From assembly GCA_017307785.1 (NCBI GenBank), contig JAFKGI010000028.1, positions 22,752-86,751 on the forward strand: a DNA stretch of 64,000 nt, given 5' to 3'. Position 1 is the first letter of the stretch, and the number at the start of each line of letters is the position of its first letter. The notes under the pieces were generated by a model, which saw only the letters and a list, made by a program, of their open reading frames with translations, did no database searches and had not been told where the DNA came from. Position numbers and translations under genes: made by a program. Source of the DNA: Vulcanimicrobiota bacterium (GTDB lineage Bacteria; Vulcanimicrobiota; Xenobia; Xenobiales; JADMJV01). Positions 63,755 to 64,000 of the stretch are shown here, in pieces.

Positions 63755-64000
63755 TACACACTCGCCGCTTTCTTGGCGCCGTGGCCCACTTTGCAGCATT
63801 TCTCTTTGATATGATGTTCATACTCGTCCCGGAAATACTTCATGCTGCTGGCCACCGGCACCGTGGCCGAATCACCCAGCGGACAGAAAGTCTTGCCCAG
63901 CATGCTTTCACAAACTTCGTCGAGCAGTTTGAGGTCTTCCATCTTGCCGTGACCATGCTCGATGCGATGCAGTATCTGTACCAGCCACTGAGTTCCCTCT
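63754..64000 (-). CDS. nuoF: NADH-quinone oxidoreductase subunit F (3' part; 5' end beyond the window)
   Basis: The C-terminal sequence ...ESMLGKTFCPLGDSATVPVASSMKYFRDEYEHHI... is typical of NuoF. The reading frame stays open to the window edge. Confidence 0.85.
   Translation of the reverse strand, partial: EGTQWLVQILHRIEHGHGKMEDLKLLDEVCESMLGKTFCPLGDSATVPVASSMKYFRDEYEHHIKEKCCKVGHGAKKAASV

Overview
High-GC (by eye >60% GC) bacterial chromosomal window, densely coding, with about 60 genes. I saw no rRNA, tRNA, CRISPR array, transposase or integrase. Housekeeping content: a nadA-nadB-nadC operon (9.0-12.5 kb, minus) and the distal part of a complex I operon, nuoF(partial)-G-H-I-J-K-L-M-N (53.9-64.0 kb, minus). 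Other recognisable genes: a RiPP-type B12/radical SAM enzyme at the left edge, a secreted GDE-type glycosidase, an amidohydrolase, an S8 protease, a DUF2723 GT-C glycosyltransferase, a transglutaminase-like protein, a PQQ dehydrogenase, an isoaspartyl peptidase, a rhodanese, an M61 peptidase, an ECF sigma/anti-sigma pair, a PAS histidine kinase, a TonB-like protein and a HAD hydrolase. Regions that stand out: (1) a translationally coupled minus-strand block (14.5-24.8 kb) joining a GspF/PilC platform protein, two pseudopilins and an 804-aa GspK/PilX-like protein to its own receiver proteins and histidine kinase, with no ATPase, secretin or peptidase; (2) a modular dispersed intergenic repeat family at five or more loci, including a three-copy tandem array (43.4-44.1 kb) next to a HEPN-like (RSALVHG) protein; (3) three tandem ~71-bp hairpin repeats (4.9-5.1 kb); (4) leaderless low-complexity proteins plus a LysM/proline-repeat protein paired with an Ala-rich protein carrying a hydrophobic hairpin; (5) two genes whose only plausible start is a CTG inside a CTGA stop/start overlap. 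All functional calls rest on motif recognition by eye; no database search was possible.
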